A DNA stretch of 64,000 nucleotides, taken from positions 1 to 64,000 of the forward strand of contig QPMI01000098.1 of NCBI GenBank assembly GCA_004431415.1. The letters run 5' to 3'. Both the position numbers and the translations under genes were made by a program. Below the pieces are notes generated by a model. The model searched no databases, was not told the DNA's origin, and was given only the letters and a program-made list of their open reading frames with translations. Of the stretch, positions 25,761-37,000 are shown piece by piece (the first letter of the stretch is position 1; each line of letters begins with the position of its first letter). The stretch comes from Cyanophora paradoxa CCMP329. Its lineage: Eukaryota; Plantae; Glaucophyta.

Positions 25761-28544
25761 ATGGGGTCGTCGGGCGGCGAGCTGAAGGAGCTGGCAGCGC
25801 AGGCGAGGGAAGCTTTCCACGCAGGTGCTGTGCACGCGCGGCCGCGCGACTCGGTGCCCGCCTCCGTCGTCCACCTGACCGATCGGCGCGTGCTCCGCAG
25901 GCCGCTTCGATGAGGCGCTCTCATCGCTGCAGAAGATCGCAGCTTCGCAGCTGCCGACGATCGACACCATCCGCGTCCAGGCCAACACAGCGGTCACTTC
26001 GTACTACGCCCGGGGCTCTAGCGATCCCGTTCGGCTTCTCGAGGCGCTGCTCCGGTTACGCAAGCGAAGCGCCGGCGACGAGTCCCGGCAGGACGACGCG
26101 GAGGGCGCGGAGGAAGGGCTAGTCGACGACGTGGACCTCGCGCTCGTGGACTACAACCAAGCGGTCCTCTTCTACCAGGCGAAGCAGTACGGGCGTGCGG
26201 CTGCGCTCCTCGAGCGGCTCTTCGCCGCGGAGGCCGCGCTCGACGAGGCCCTCGGCACCCGCGTCTGCTTCCTCCTCCTTGACCTGTGCGCGGGGCCGGG
26301 CCGGGCCGACCTCCGCCGTGCACGCTGACCCGCCGGGGCGCGCAGGTACCTCGGGCAAGGCCAGCCGGAGCGGGCGGCGCCCGTCCTCGCGTGGCTGGAG
26401 CGCGCGGCCGCGTCGGCGCTCAAGGTCACCAGCGGCGAGGGCGGCTCCGGGGCCGCCGCGGAGGAGGCGGCGCACGCCGCGCTGCTGGCGGGGCGGGCCT
26501 ACAGGCCCGGCGACTCGGCGCCGCCGCTGGCGATACCGCAGCCGCAGCTGCGGTTCCAGATGCTGCTCGCGCGGGCGCGGCAGCACCTGCTAGGGGGCGC
26601 CTTCAAGGCGGCGAAGCGGGAGATCAAGAGCGCGATCAACACGTACGGGCAGCAGCCCGTGCTGTTCTTCCTGAAGGCGCACCTCGAGTTCAACCGGGGG
26701 GCCCACCGCAAGGCCATAAAGCTCCTGGCCGGAGCGATGGCGGCCCCCGCGAACCCGAGGCAGCCGCCGCCGGCCTCGGACCCCGTGTACCCCTTCCTCT
26801 ACTACAACAACCTCGGCTGCCTCCACTCGCGGCTCGGCAAGCACAACGCCGCCGCGTTCTACTTCACCCGCGCCCTCCGCGACACAGAGGCCCTGTACCC
26901 CCACCCCGCCCCCGCCCCCCCGGCCGCAGCCGGCGGTACGCGCCTTTACCCGCCCCCGCCCTCGTTTCCTCTCCTTTCCCTTCCTTTTCCCGACGCGGTT
27001 TCCGCGGGCCAGACTTCGGGCTCAACCGGGGCGCCGCGCGGGTCCTCCCCGCCTACGCGCGCGACCGCAAGTGCGAGATCTTCTACAACCTCGGGGTACG
27101 CCTGCTCCCAACCCCTTTTTTCGTCCACCCCGCAGCCCCTTACGCGCCGTACCCAGGTCCAGCTCCTCCTCGGCTCCCGGCCCGCCCTCGCCTTCTCCTG
27201 CTTTCAAGTGCCCCCTCCCCGCGCCCCGGCCCGCGCGCCCGCCCCGTGCGCGCGGCGCTGACGCCCGGCAAGGAATCGGCGCCCCAGCTCTACAACAGGC
27301 CGAGCCTCTGGATCCGCCTCGCGGAGTGCTGCGTGGCCCACCACGCCGCCAAGGCGCGCCGCGCACCCCCAACCCCTCTGCCCTGCCCCAATCGATCCGG
27401 CGCCGCGCAGAAGGAGAAGGCGGAGCTGGTTAAGGGGGCGTACGGGTCCGGGGCGCGGAGGCACGTGCTCCTGCCCGGGGGCGGCCCGGGCCTGGCGGGG
27501 CCGGCCCAGGACGAGGGCCCCGTCTTCAGCCAGCGCATCCTGCAGGGCACCCCGTGCGCCCCCCGCCCCGAAGCCTTCTCTGCCCCCCCGCGCCCCGGGC
27601 CGCCGACGGGGCGCGCGGCGCAGGGACGCGGGGCCGCCGCCCGGGGCGTCGGCGAGCGGGGCGAACGGGGCGGAGTCGCTGCTGTTCGCCTCGGTCGGGG
27701 GGCGAGGCAGGCGCACGCGCCGACGCTCAGCTACGCCGCCAAGTGCTGCCGCAACGCCCTCCACCTCCTCTCCCGCCCGCCCCCGCCGCCCCCGCCGCCC
27801 CGCCCCGCGCCCCTCCTCGCCCCTCGCCGACGCCGCCGCCGCCCCCGAGCCGCCCTCCCCGCCCACTCGCGCGCCTCGTCCCCGGGCCCGGGGCGGGCCC
27901 CTCCTCCCGCCGGCGCACCCGCACGGGGCGAGCACCGGCGAGGCGGCCGACGCGGAGGCGGCCGAGCGGGCGCACCGCGACTCGATGGAGGCGGCGGCGC
28001 GCCTCTGCCTCGCCTACGCCTCCCTCTGCCTGGGGACCCCGCCGCCGCCCTCGCCGCCGCGGGGCCCCTCGCCTCGGCCGCCTCCCCCGCCCACCGCCTC
28101 CTCGCCGCCGTCTACTCGGCCGAGGCGCTCGCCTCGCTGGGGCGGCCGCAGGAGGCGGCGGCGGCTCTGGAGCCCCGCGCCGTGTCGGAGCTGCTGGAGG
28201 AGCCCGGGCGCAGGCGGCCTTCCCCGCCGGCCCCGCGGACGCCCGCGCCCTCCTCTGCGTCGACATGGCCGCCCTGCGGTTCGCGGAGGGGGACCTCCCC
28301 GCCGCCGAGCGCTGCGTCGAGGCGGCGGCGCGCGCCGCGCCCCTCTCGCCGCACGTCGCCCTCGCCCGCGCCTACCTCGAGCTCCGGCGGGGTCCGCGCC
28401 CGCCCCAGCGCCCGCAGCTGCCCGCAGCTGCCGGCCCCCGGCCCCTCACCGGGCCCCGCAGGGAACAAGGAGGCGGCGGTGGAGGCGCTGAGGAGGCGGC
28501 GCCCCGCCCCGGGCGCCGGCGACGCCGCCCCGCAGCCGCAGTAG
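25761..28544 (+). CDS. CNOT10: CCR4-NOT transcription complex subunit 10
   Basis: YNQAVLFYQAKQY; KAAKREIKSAIN; LFFLKAHLEFNRGAHRKAIKLL; YYNNLGCLHSRLGKHNAAAFYFTRAL; EIFYNLGVQLLLGSRPALAFSCFQ; PSLWIRLAECCV; LSYAAKCCRNALHLL; YSAEAL; AYLELRRGNKEAA. Confidence 0.9.
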
Positions 28545-28932
28545 CCCGTTTTGTACATGTTGCGAGCAGGGTTCGCGCGCGATCGCTTTAACTTGCAATT
28601 GCGTCCAGCGGCTTGCGTCTCGCGGGCCCTTGAGAGCCCTGACTGATTGGACCGGGGGTTGCTTGCCTCTGTCCCGCCTGTTCAGCGCCTCCGGGTTGAT
28701 CGCATTCGGCTGTACCCGGTCCGGATCAAATGTGTGTTGAAAGGGCGCCCGATCCAGCATTATCAGAGAATTCGCATCCGCGCATATCCGATGATCACGG
28801 CTAGCTATAGCTAGCTGATCATGGTAGCTAGGTCGATGCGCTCGATCAACTGGTTTGAACGCGGCATGCGCGCGAGGAGCGGCAGCTGAGCCGCAGCCGG
28901 ATCGACGCGCTTTTCCGGCTCAGCCCTTCCCC

Positions 28933-30631
28933 ATGGGCTCAACGTGCTCTAGGTCTCGTGAGCCGGTCGAGCTTGGCCAACTCGGCGCGCGGCGCTCCTC
29001 GTCCTCCACCGAGAAGCACAGGAGGACGAAAACCGACAGCAGCCTCGACTACCTTCTGGCGTCGATTGAAGAGCTCGAGGTGCTTCTCGAGCGCCAACGT
29101 ACGCAGAGCGTGACGTGACGTGCCTTTCCAGGCCGCGCTGAGCGCGAAGGAGAAAGTCCTCGGTGAGGACCATGAGCTGGTCGGTGACGCGCTCACGCAG
29201 CTTGCGTGGCGGAAGCAGACGAGCGGGGACTACGCGGTTAGCGCGCGCGCGCGCGAGACGCCCTCGCCGAGACCGTGCTTGCGTTCAAAGCTTAAGTGAG
29301 CTTATAATGGAGCTTTGGCAGGCCGCGGTGGCGCTCTTCAAGAGGAGCCTCGCGATCCGCGAGAAGACCGTCGGCCCTGAGCGAGAGATCACGATGCGGA
29401 CGCGGGTCAGCGCGCGCGATCCGATCTGCATGCGGAGGCGCCTCGCCCTGGTAACGGTCGATATTGAACCGTCGAATCGCCCGCAGCACGAGATGGGGCG
29501 GCTGCTGGTCGTCATGGGCGAGTACGGCGAGGCGATCTCGCTCCTGAGGCGGGTGCAGCGCTTCTACGAGGAGCTGAAGGGCCCGGAGCACTGGGACTCG
29601 GCCGTCGCGGCGCACGACATCGCGCGGGCGTACCACGCCAGCGGCAACCTCGATGCCGCCCTGCCCCTCTACCAGGCGCCCGCGCCGCTTGGCCTCGACA
29701 TCGAATTCGAATCCTGAGCCCGGTCGCAGCGGGCGCTGGGGGCGAGCGAGCGGATCGGGGGCCCCGCCGTCGTGAACCTCGCTATGAGCCTCTACTGGAT
29801 TGGGCGGCTGCACCTCGAGCGGGGCGACTACGCGGCCGCCCGCCCGCTGCTCGAGGTGCCCCTCTCGGCCGCGCTTGCCCTCGCGACCGCGATCGCCGGC
29901 CCGCCTCTGAGGCGCGGCCGCCCGCGCGCGTGCAGCGGGCGCTCAGCATTCGAGACGAGAGCCTCCGCAGGCACCCCGTCGTGGCCCAGGCGAGCAAGTC
30001 CAGCTTTTGATCCGGGCCGGGCCGTGCCTCGCGCTCGGGCGCGCCCTGAACGCGCGGGGACGCCGGCGCAGAGCGAGGCGACCCTGGCAGTGCTCCTGGC
30101 CGCCCGCGGCCACGCCGGCGAGGCGCAGCAGATGCTCGAGGTACCCCCTCTACCTTCTTGCCCGTACCCCCTACCCCCCCACCCCCAAACCCGTACCCCC
30201 GCAGGACGCTGTGGCGACTCAGGAGGCCTGCCTAGGGCCCCAGCACCCCGACGTGGCCGAGACCCTGTACTACCTGGGGTACGCTGTTGTTTTTCGGCGA
30301 GGGTACGGGTCTGCCTGTGCCGGGCTGAGCTGACCCCGCCCGCCCCGCAGGGAGCTGCACGCGCGCTGCGGCCGGCACGAGCAGGCGCGGCCGCTCCTCC
30401 AGGTGCCCTGTACCCCCCATGGCCACCCGCCCCGCTGCGCGGCTGCTGACGTACCCCCAGAGGGCGCTGGAGATCCGGAGGGCGCGGCTGGGCGCCGCGC
30501 ACCCGGGGACGCGGCTGGCCTCGGATGCGGTGGCCTCCCTGCCGGACCCGCCGGCCGCCGAGGGCGGGCGCCGCTCCCTCGCCGGCGCCCTCCGCGCCTC
30601 CCTCGACGGCCTCCGCCGCGGCGAGGCGTAG
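28933..30631 (+). CDS. Kinesin-light-chain-like TPR repeat protein with predicted N-myristoylation/palmitoylation
   Basis: MGSTCS start. Repeats LSAKEKVLGEDHELV, FKRSLAIREKTVGPE, YEELKGPEHWDSAVAAHDIA, CLGPQHPDVAETLYYLG, RALEIRRARLGAAHPGT. Confidence 0.8.
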
Positions 30632-31131
30632 CCGCTGAGCTGGCCGAGCTCAGCGCTCGCATTCCGTGACCTCCAGCTCGGTTCGGTTCCTTGGGGACTC
30701 AGCGAGTTTTACTGCTGGGAATATTAATGTATACGTAGCTATAGTTTTCAATGTGGGTAGATCTCAAACCCTTATGTAAGTACTAGCCTAGTAGTTCTAA
30801 TTACTAATTATAAGTTACTACGTTACTGATTGGATTTACTATCATAGTACTCTAGTTCTAGCCTAGTAGTATGGGCACGTAGAGTCTGTCCGGGTCTGTC
30901 CATGAAGGACGCATTTGTAGCCAATATCTTCAATGATCATGAGTTCCGGGATTGCAGTTGGCTCGGTTCCGAGTCTGTCGACGTCCGGGTCTGTATGCGA
31001 TCATGAAGGGCGCACTGGCGGCATTTTTATACAGTGTACCAGTACTATGTACAGTGTCCGGTGCCCTTCACACGAAGAGCGCGCATTTGGCTGTGGCTGG
31101 GCCTGAGGGCTAGGAGCCGGCCGCGGGCCGC

Positions 31132-32999
31132 CTACCGCCCCGCCTTCCCCTTGCCCTGCTTCAGGGCGGGCGGGGGCTTGCCGGATGGACCCCCCTTCTT
31201 GGCCCCCTTGCCCTTCGCGGCGGGCGCGAGGAGCGCCACGAGGTCCTGCGGGGTACACGTCTGCGCGGCGGGCCGGGGTACTGGTCGGATGGGAATCGCC
31301 CACCTGCACCGCGGCCTCCGCGAGTCCCTTGACGTGCGCGACGACGTCCGCGGGGCGCTCGGGCTGCGCTCATGATCAGGTGAGCCGGCGGCGCCCTGCA
31401 CTCAGGTGAGCGGGGGGTCAGGCGGGACCTTGTTGCCGCCGAACTCGCGCCACCACCACTCGCCCTCGCGCTCGGGGTCCGCGAACAGCACCTCCATGCG
31501 CCACTGCGCGCCGGCTCAGAGCTCGGCCCGGCTCGGCTGCGCGGGCGGGGTACAGGGGGCGGGGCGCGCGCCTCTTCCGCGAAGTCCCGCCGCAGCTCCC
31601 GAAGCTCGTCCGCCGCCTCCTCCCTGCGCGGCAGCGCAGCCCGCCGCATGCTGAGGGGGGCCAGAGAGCAGGCGGGGGCGGGCCGGGGCGGGCCGGGGCG
31701 GGCGGACCGCTTGCGCTCGGAGGCGCCCGCCTCGCGCAGCCTGGCGCGGACCGTCTCCTCCGCGTCCGCCCAGCAGCGGTGGCAGCAGACCTGCTCCAGT
31801 ACCTGCGCGCGGCCGGCCTGCGCTCAGCGCGGGGAGGGCGGGAGGGCGCCCCGCCCGCCCCCCCGCTCGCCTCCTCGACCGGCCGTCCAACGTGTGGGCC
31901 CTGCGGGGGAGGCTCGGGCGGCCCGGGGATGGGCCGGGAAGGGGTACGGACCAGCTCGACCACGTCCTCGTCCGTCAGCTCGTCGTCGGGGGGGAGGGTG
32001 AAACCCTTGCCCGCCAGCGCCGCGCGCAACGAGGCGAGCCTGCGCGGGGCGTCGGGGGCCGAAGGACGGGGCGGCGGGGGTGCAGGAAGGGGCGAGGGCG
32101 CGCCACTCCGGGTCCGCGCAGAGGGGCCGCTCCTCGGCGTCGGGCGCGGGAGGGGCCAGGCGCCGGGCGAGCCAGGAGCGCGAGACGGCGAGGCGGATGG
32201 GGAGGAACCGGGCGGCCATCAGCGCGCGGGGCTTGGCCGACTGCGGCGCGTCCTGCGCGGGAGCTCGGCGGCCGCCGGGGGGGCGGGGCTGGAGGCGGGG
32301 GCGTGCACCTCCGCCTCCTCCGCATCCCCGCCGTCGCCCTCGCCCTGGCCTTCCGCTCCGCCGCCCGGCCGCCGCACTTGCACCTCCTCCTCGAACCGCC
32401 GCACCGTCGCGACGCGCATGCGCAGCGACCACTCGAAGCAGCTCGTCCACACGTCGCTCCCCGCCGACTGCAGCGACAGCGAGCGCTCGGGGAGCTCCCC
32501 GCGCGCGTCCGCGACCGGCGCTTCCTCGTCTTCCCGCGGCTGCGGTTCCACGAGCTCGCTCTCGCTGTCATCGGCGCTCTTCTCCTCCTCCTCGCCGCCC
32601 TTCTTGCGCTTGGCCTTCGCAGCCGCCGCCTTCCCGTGCTGCGGAAGGCGCGGCCGTCAGCGCCGTGTACGCCAGCGTCCGCAGAGTCGTTCAGTGCACC
32701 TTCTTCGGCCGGCGCAGCTCGAGGGTCACGCTGGGCCCGTTCTCAACCTCCCAGAGCTTGTGTCGCGCCGCGTCGACGATGAACGCCGGGACCTCATCGC
32801 TACCGCGTACGTCGCGGGCCTGCGGCTGGAACACGAACACGTCGTGCTCGACGGATGCGAGCGTGTAGTCGATCGCCCATGGCAGGCGCCCTTCGTTCTC
32901 GCCGAACTCCTCGGTCGAGTCGACAGCGGCGCGCACGACCAGGTCGCCCGCGCGCAGCTGCTGCTCCCAATCACCCGGCGAGCGCTCGCGCTTCGGCAT
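31132..32999 (-). CDS. Hypothetical protein (multi-exon)
   Basis: Spliceable exons with typical codon usage (MPKRERSPGDWEQQLRAG..., ...VWTSCFEWSLRMRV..., ...KGFTLPPDDELTDEDVVEL..., ...KQGKGKAGR*). No family recognised. Confidence 0.6.
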
Positions 33000-33358
33000 C
33001 GCTGCTGGCGCAGGCTGGAGAATTCGAATTCCGGCCGCCTCAGGTATTTAGGCTTGTACCCAACTTGATTATTAAACATTGTACCCTAGATACAATTAGA
33101 ATTAATCCATTTCGCTGGTTGAATAAACCATATATACATATTCGTCGATCACGCAAGATTTGCCGTTGCAATTGCGCAATATAATATATGCATTTCTTTG
33201 GAAACTTATTAATTAGACCCTATAAGTTAAATTCCGAAAGCCCGAAATTATATATGCACAGAATTATGCTCACGCCGGCGCCGCCTGCCATGGCCGGTTT
33301 GGGTCCCTTAGCTTGCTTGCCGCGCGCGCGCTCCCAAGCATGCATGCGCATGCGCAGC

Positions 33359-33769
33359 CAGGGCTGTCAGCCGGAATATTCCAGCCTGGAACGTTCCCGG
33401 AATATTAGAAAATTTTGGGAAAATTTTCGCGTCCCGTTTGCAGGGGGAAAATTTTAGGAAATTGAATATAATTTAATGATTATTTTATTCATTTTCATCC
33501 CTTTTCTGCGCCCCCTCCCCCCCTTCTGACCCCACCACGGGCCTTGCATTTCCGTCTCCAAGCTCCAGAAGGCTGTATACTGTCTCTCAGAATGCTTGTT
33601 GTGATGTTATCTTAGTGCTTCGCAGCTTTGAAAGGGCGTCTGCGGTGCGCAGCGCACGGTATTGAGAATTTTCCAGGATTTTGTATGGTGGAATATTCCG
33701 GGAACGTTCCCGGAATATTCCTCAAAATTTTCTGGTCCATTTTGGGGGGGTAAAATTTTGACAGCCCTG
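33359..33769. mobile_element. Non-autonomous hAT-superfamily MITE (411 bp)
   Basis: Perfect 11-bp TIRs CAGGGCTGTCA...TGACAGCCCTG. Perfect 8-bp TSD TGCGCAGC at 33351-33358 and 33770-33777. AT-rich interior with palindromic GGAATATTCC/GGAACGTTCC/AAAATTTT subterminal motifs at both ends. Confidence 0.92.
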
Positions 33770-34069
33770 TGCGCAGCTCCCTGTGCGCTTAGCTTGGCGC
33801 CGGCGCGAGTACTACCTTTAGTCCCTCAACCGTGGCAACGCACGGCGCATCTAGATTTAGCTGCAGCTGCAGCCCGCAGATGCGTTTCTTGCAGCTCCCG
33901 GTTCCGTGAGTCCAGAGCGCGCTTCCCGAGCTGGGTCGGAGTGCGAGTGACTGCCGTCTGTCGGCGTCCGCGCGCATGGCGCCGCAGCAAGACCGCATAA
34001 AGCTTTAGGCGGCCGCGCACATGCGACGAACACAGCCGCAGCTTCATTCATAGGGGAGCTCTGCCAGAA

Positions 34070-37000
34070 ATGGAGCGCGGGGGCGGGGCCCGTGGGGGGA
34101 GTGGCGCGGGCAGGGATCTGCAGCTCTCTGCTGCCCTACGGCTCGTTCCGCCAGCACTGCTGGCGGCGCCGAACGGGCGGGCGCTCCTGCTGAACGCTGG
34201 ACTGGACGCGCCGTCCGCCTCGCTCTCCGGCGCCGTCCTCATGGTGGATGGTTCGTATCATGCGGTGGCGTGCGGCTTCTGCGCGAGTCGCCGACCCTCG
34301 GGCACGCTCGCGCAGTGCACGGGCTCGGATTGGCCGCCCGCGGCCTTGCGAGGGATTTCGAGGGCGCTGCGACCCAGGCGAGCCGGGCCCCCGCGCCGTC
34401 TCCGGGCTGCCGCGGCCGCCAACGCCGAACAAACGCAGCTGGGCTCTGTGCTGGGCGGGCTGCTCGAGCGGGTCGTCGCCCGGCTGCACAGGCACGGCCT
34501 CGACCTCCTGGAGCTCCACGGCGGCGCCGGTGCGCGCCCCGGGCCGCCCCCCCGCGCCCTCTCCGGCCCGCTGGCCCACCTGCCGTCCCGCAGCGCTGGC
34601 GTTCGCGCCGGCGGCCGAGGGCGGCGAGTCGCCGGCAGCCGCCGCGGGCCGCGCCCTCGCCGCGGCCCGAGATATCGCGCGGATCGAGATGCAGTGGATG
34701 GGGCAGCAGCTCACCCCGCGCCAGTCCATAGGCCCGCCCCCGCGCCCCGCGCCCCGCGCCTCGCCCGCCCGGGGCGCTCGGCTGACGACGGGGGGCGGCG
34801 GGGGCGCAGGGGTGGGGTCCCTGGCGGTGCACGTGCTGCGCTCCTCGGAGGCGGAGGGGCCGGGGCAGCTGCTGTACGCGGGGGATGCGCACGGGCAGGC
34901 CCTGGAGGCCCAGCGGCTCGCCTGGGGCGGCGAGATCATCCTCAGCCCCGAGGCCGCCGACGCCCTCGGGCGAGCCCGAGCCGCCCCCCCGCCGCCCGCC
35001 CGCCTCCCCTCGCGCCCTGACCGCCCCGCGCAGCCCGGCGGCCGCGACGGAAGCGCTGCCGGCCCACGGGCCGCTTCTGCGGATCATGCACCGCGTGAAG
35101 CCTTGGGTGGGCCCGGCCGCGCCGGCGCCGCCTGCCTCGGAGGGGGACGGAGGGGCCGTCTGCGTGTGCGGTAGCCCGCTCCCGGCCCGGCTCACCCTGT
35201 GGATGGCGCCCCCGCCCTCTCTGGACGCCCTTTTACCCCTCCTGCGCTCCTTCGCTCTGAGTGAGTGCCCCCCGCGGCGCGGCGCTGCGGCGGGCGGGGG
35301 CCGCGCCGCTCATCCCCAGCGCAGAGGCTTCCAGCCGCCTGGAGCTCGCTCGGGCCGTCGTTGTCTCCGGTGCGCCGCTTTCGGAAAAGTCTCATGCGCG
35401 GATTCGAGCCCGCGTCTCTCAGTGGCCTTCCCGGAGTTCGGCCGGCAGCAAGGCACCGGCCAGGGCGCGCCGGCCCCCCGCAACCCCACCCCCCGGGTTT
35501 CCCCCCGTCTAATCTGGCTGGCCTGCAGGCTCGGAGGGCGGGGCGGGGGCGCTGCCCCCTGGCGAGCTCAAGAGCGCGCCGGAGCCGCCGGGCCCCGAGC
35601 AGGCAGCTCGGGCCAAGAGGCTCGGCCAGGTCTCCAGATACCCCCGGGCGCGTCTATTTTTAGATGCATCTCGAAGCGAGCGGTACCCCCGCAGGTCTTC
35701 CGCGCCGTGCAGCGCGTGGCCGGCGAGTTCGGCGGCTACGTTGCCCCCCTCGCCTCGGACGACCGGGTACCCGTCCCGCCTCTTTGTTCTGCTCTCCGGA
35801 CCGGCGCCCCCGGCCGACGCTCTCCTTCGTTCGCGGTGGCAGAGCCCCGTGGCGACGCTGTGGTTCGGGATCGGACGCAGCGGCAGCCCGCGGGAGCAGG
35901 ACCCCGGTGCGCACGTACCCCCGCTGGGCCGGGCTGGGCGCCCCGCACAGTGCGACCCGAGCGAACGTTCGCCGGCGCAGAGCGCGCCGTGCGGGCGGCG
36001 GTGTCCCTCCAGGAGTGGTTCGAGTCCGCTGGGGCCCCCTTCGCCGCCGGGGTGCGCCACGCAGCGGCCCCGCCGCCCGCCCGCCGGGGCGCTGAGGGGG
36101 CGCGCGCAGCTGGCGGAGGGGTCGGTGTTCTGGGGGGCGGTGGGCCCCGCCTGCCGGCGCTCGTTCGCCCTGGTCGGAGACGCCGTCGCCCTCGCCGCCC
36201 GCCTCATGGAGTCCGCCCGCGAGCGCGCCGAGCGCTCCGGGGTCCGCCCCGCCCCTCCTCCGCCCCCGCCCCCGACAAAACAAAGAGAAGAAAACTAAAT
36301 GGAGGGGTCTAGTCCGCGAGCTGAGCGTTGGGGCGTCGCAGGGCCAGACGGCGCTGTGCGCGGGCGGCGTCGTCGACGCGGTGAACGTCCACGCCGGTGC
36401 GTGCGCCCGGGGCGCGGCGAAGGGAGGGAAGCGGCTCCATACAACCCAGCCGCGGGCCCCACTTGGGGCCGCCCGGGGTTCCGCGGCATCGGACGTCGCA
36501 AAGTTAGTCGCGAGAGGGCATCCGACAGAGCATTCGAGCCGATAGCGCGTCTCGTCTGCAGCGCCGGCGGCCGCGCGGCAGCCGCTGACGCTTTTCGCGC
36601 TCCCGCGCAGGTGGGGCCGGCCGGAGCCGCCCCTCGTGCGCTCCCTCCCCGTCTCCCGTCTCCGCCCCTCAACTCTTCTTCTGCCCCGCCCTCGCCTGCA
36701 GGGCGGTGCGGTTCGAGGAGGGCGAGGCGATCCGCGTGGAGGGATTCGAGGCGGCCGTCCCGACCTTCCGCGCCGCCCCCGCCGCCTCGAGCCCTCTCGC
36801 CTCCCCGGGCGCCCAGCACCCGCAGCAGCGCCCCGGCGGCCGCACCATCCCCAGCTCCATGAGCTACGTCGCCAGGGTGCGCCCCCCCTCCGCTGGCTCG
36901 TCGCCCCGCACCGCTCGAGCGCGCCGGCGGGGGCGCGCAGGGGCGGGCCGGATCGTACCGGGCGGCGCCGGCCCCGATCCGCCCTCTCTCCATATCCGTC

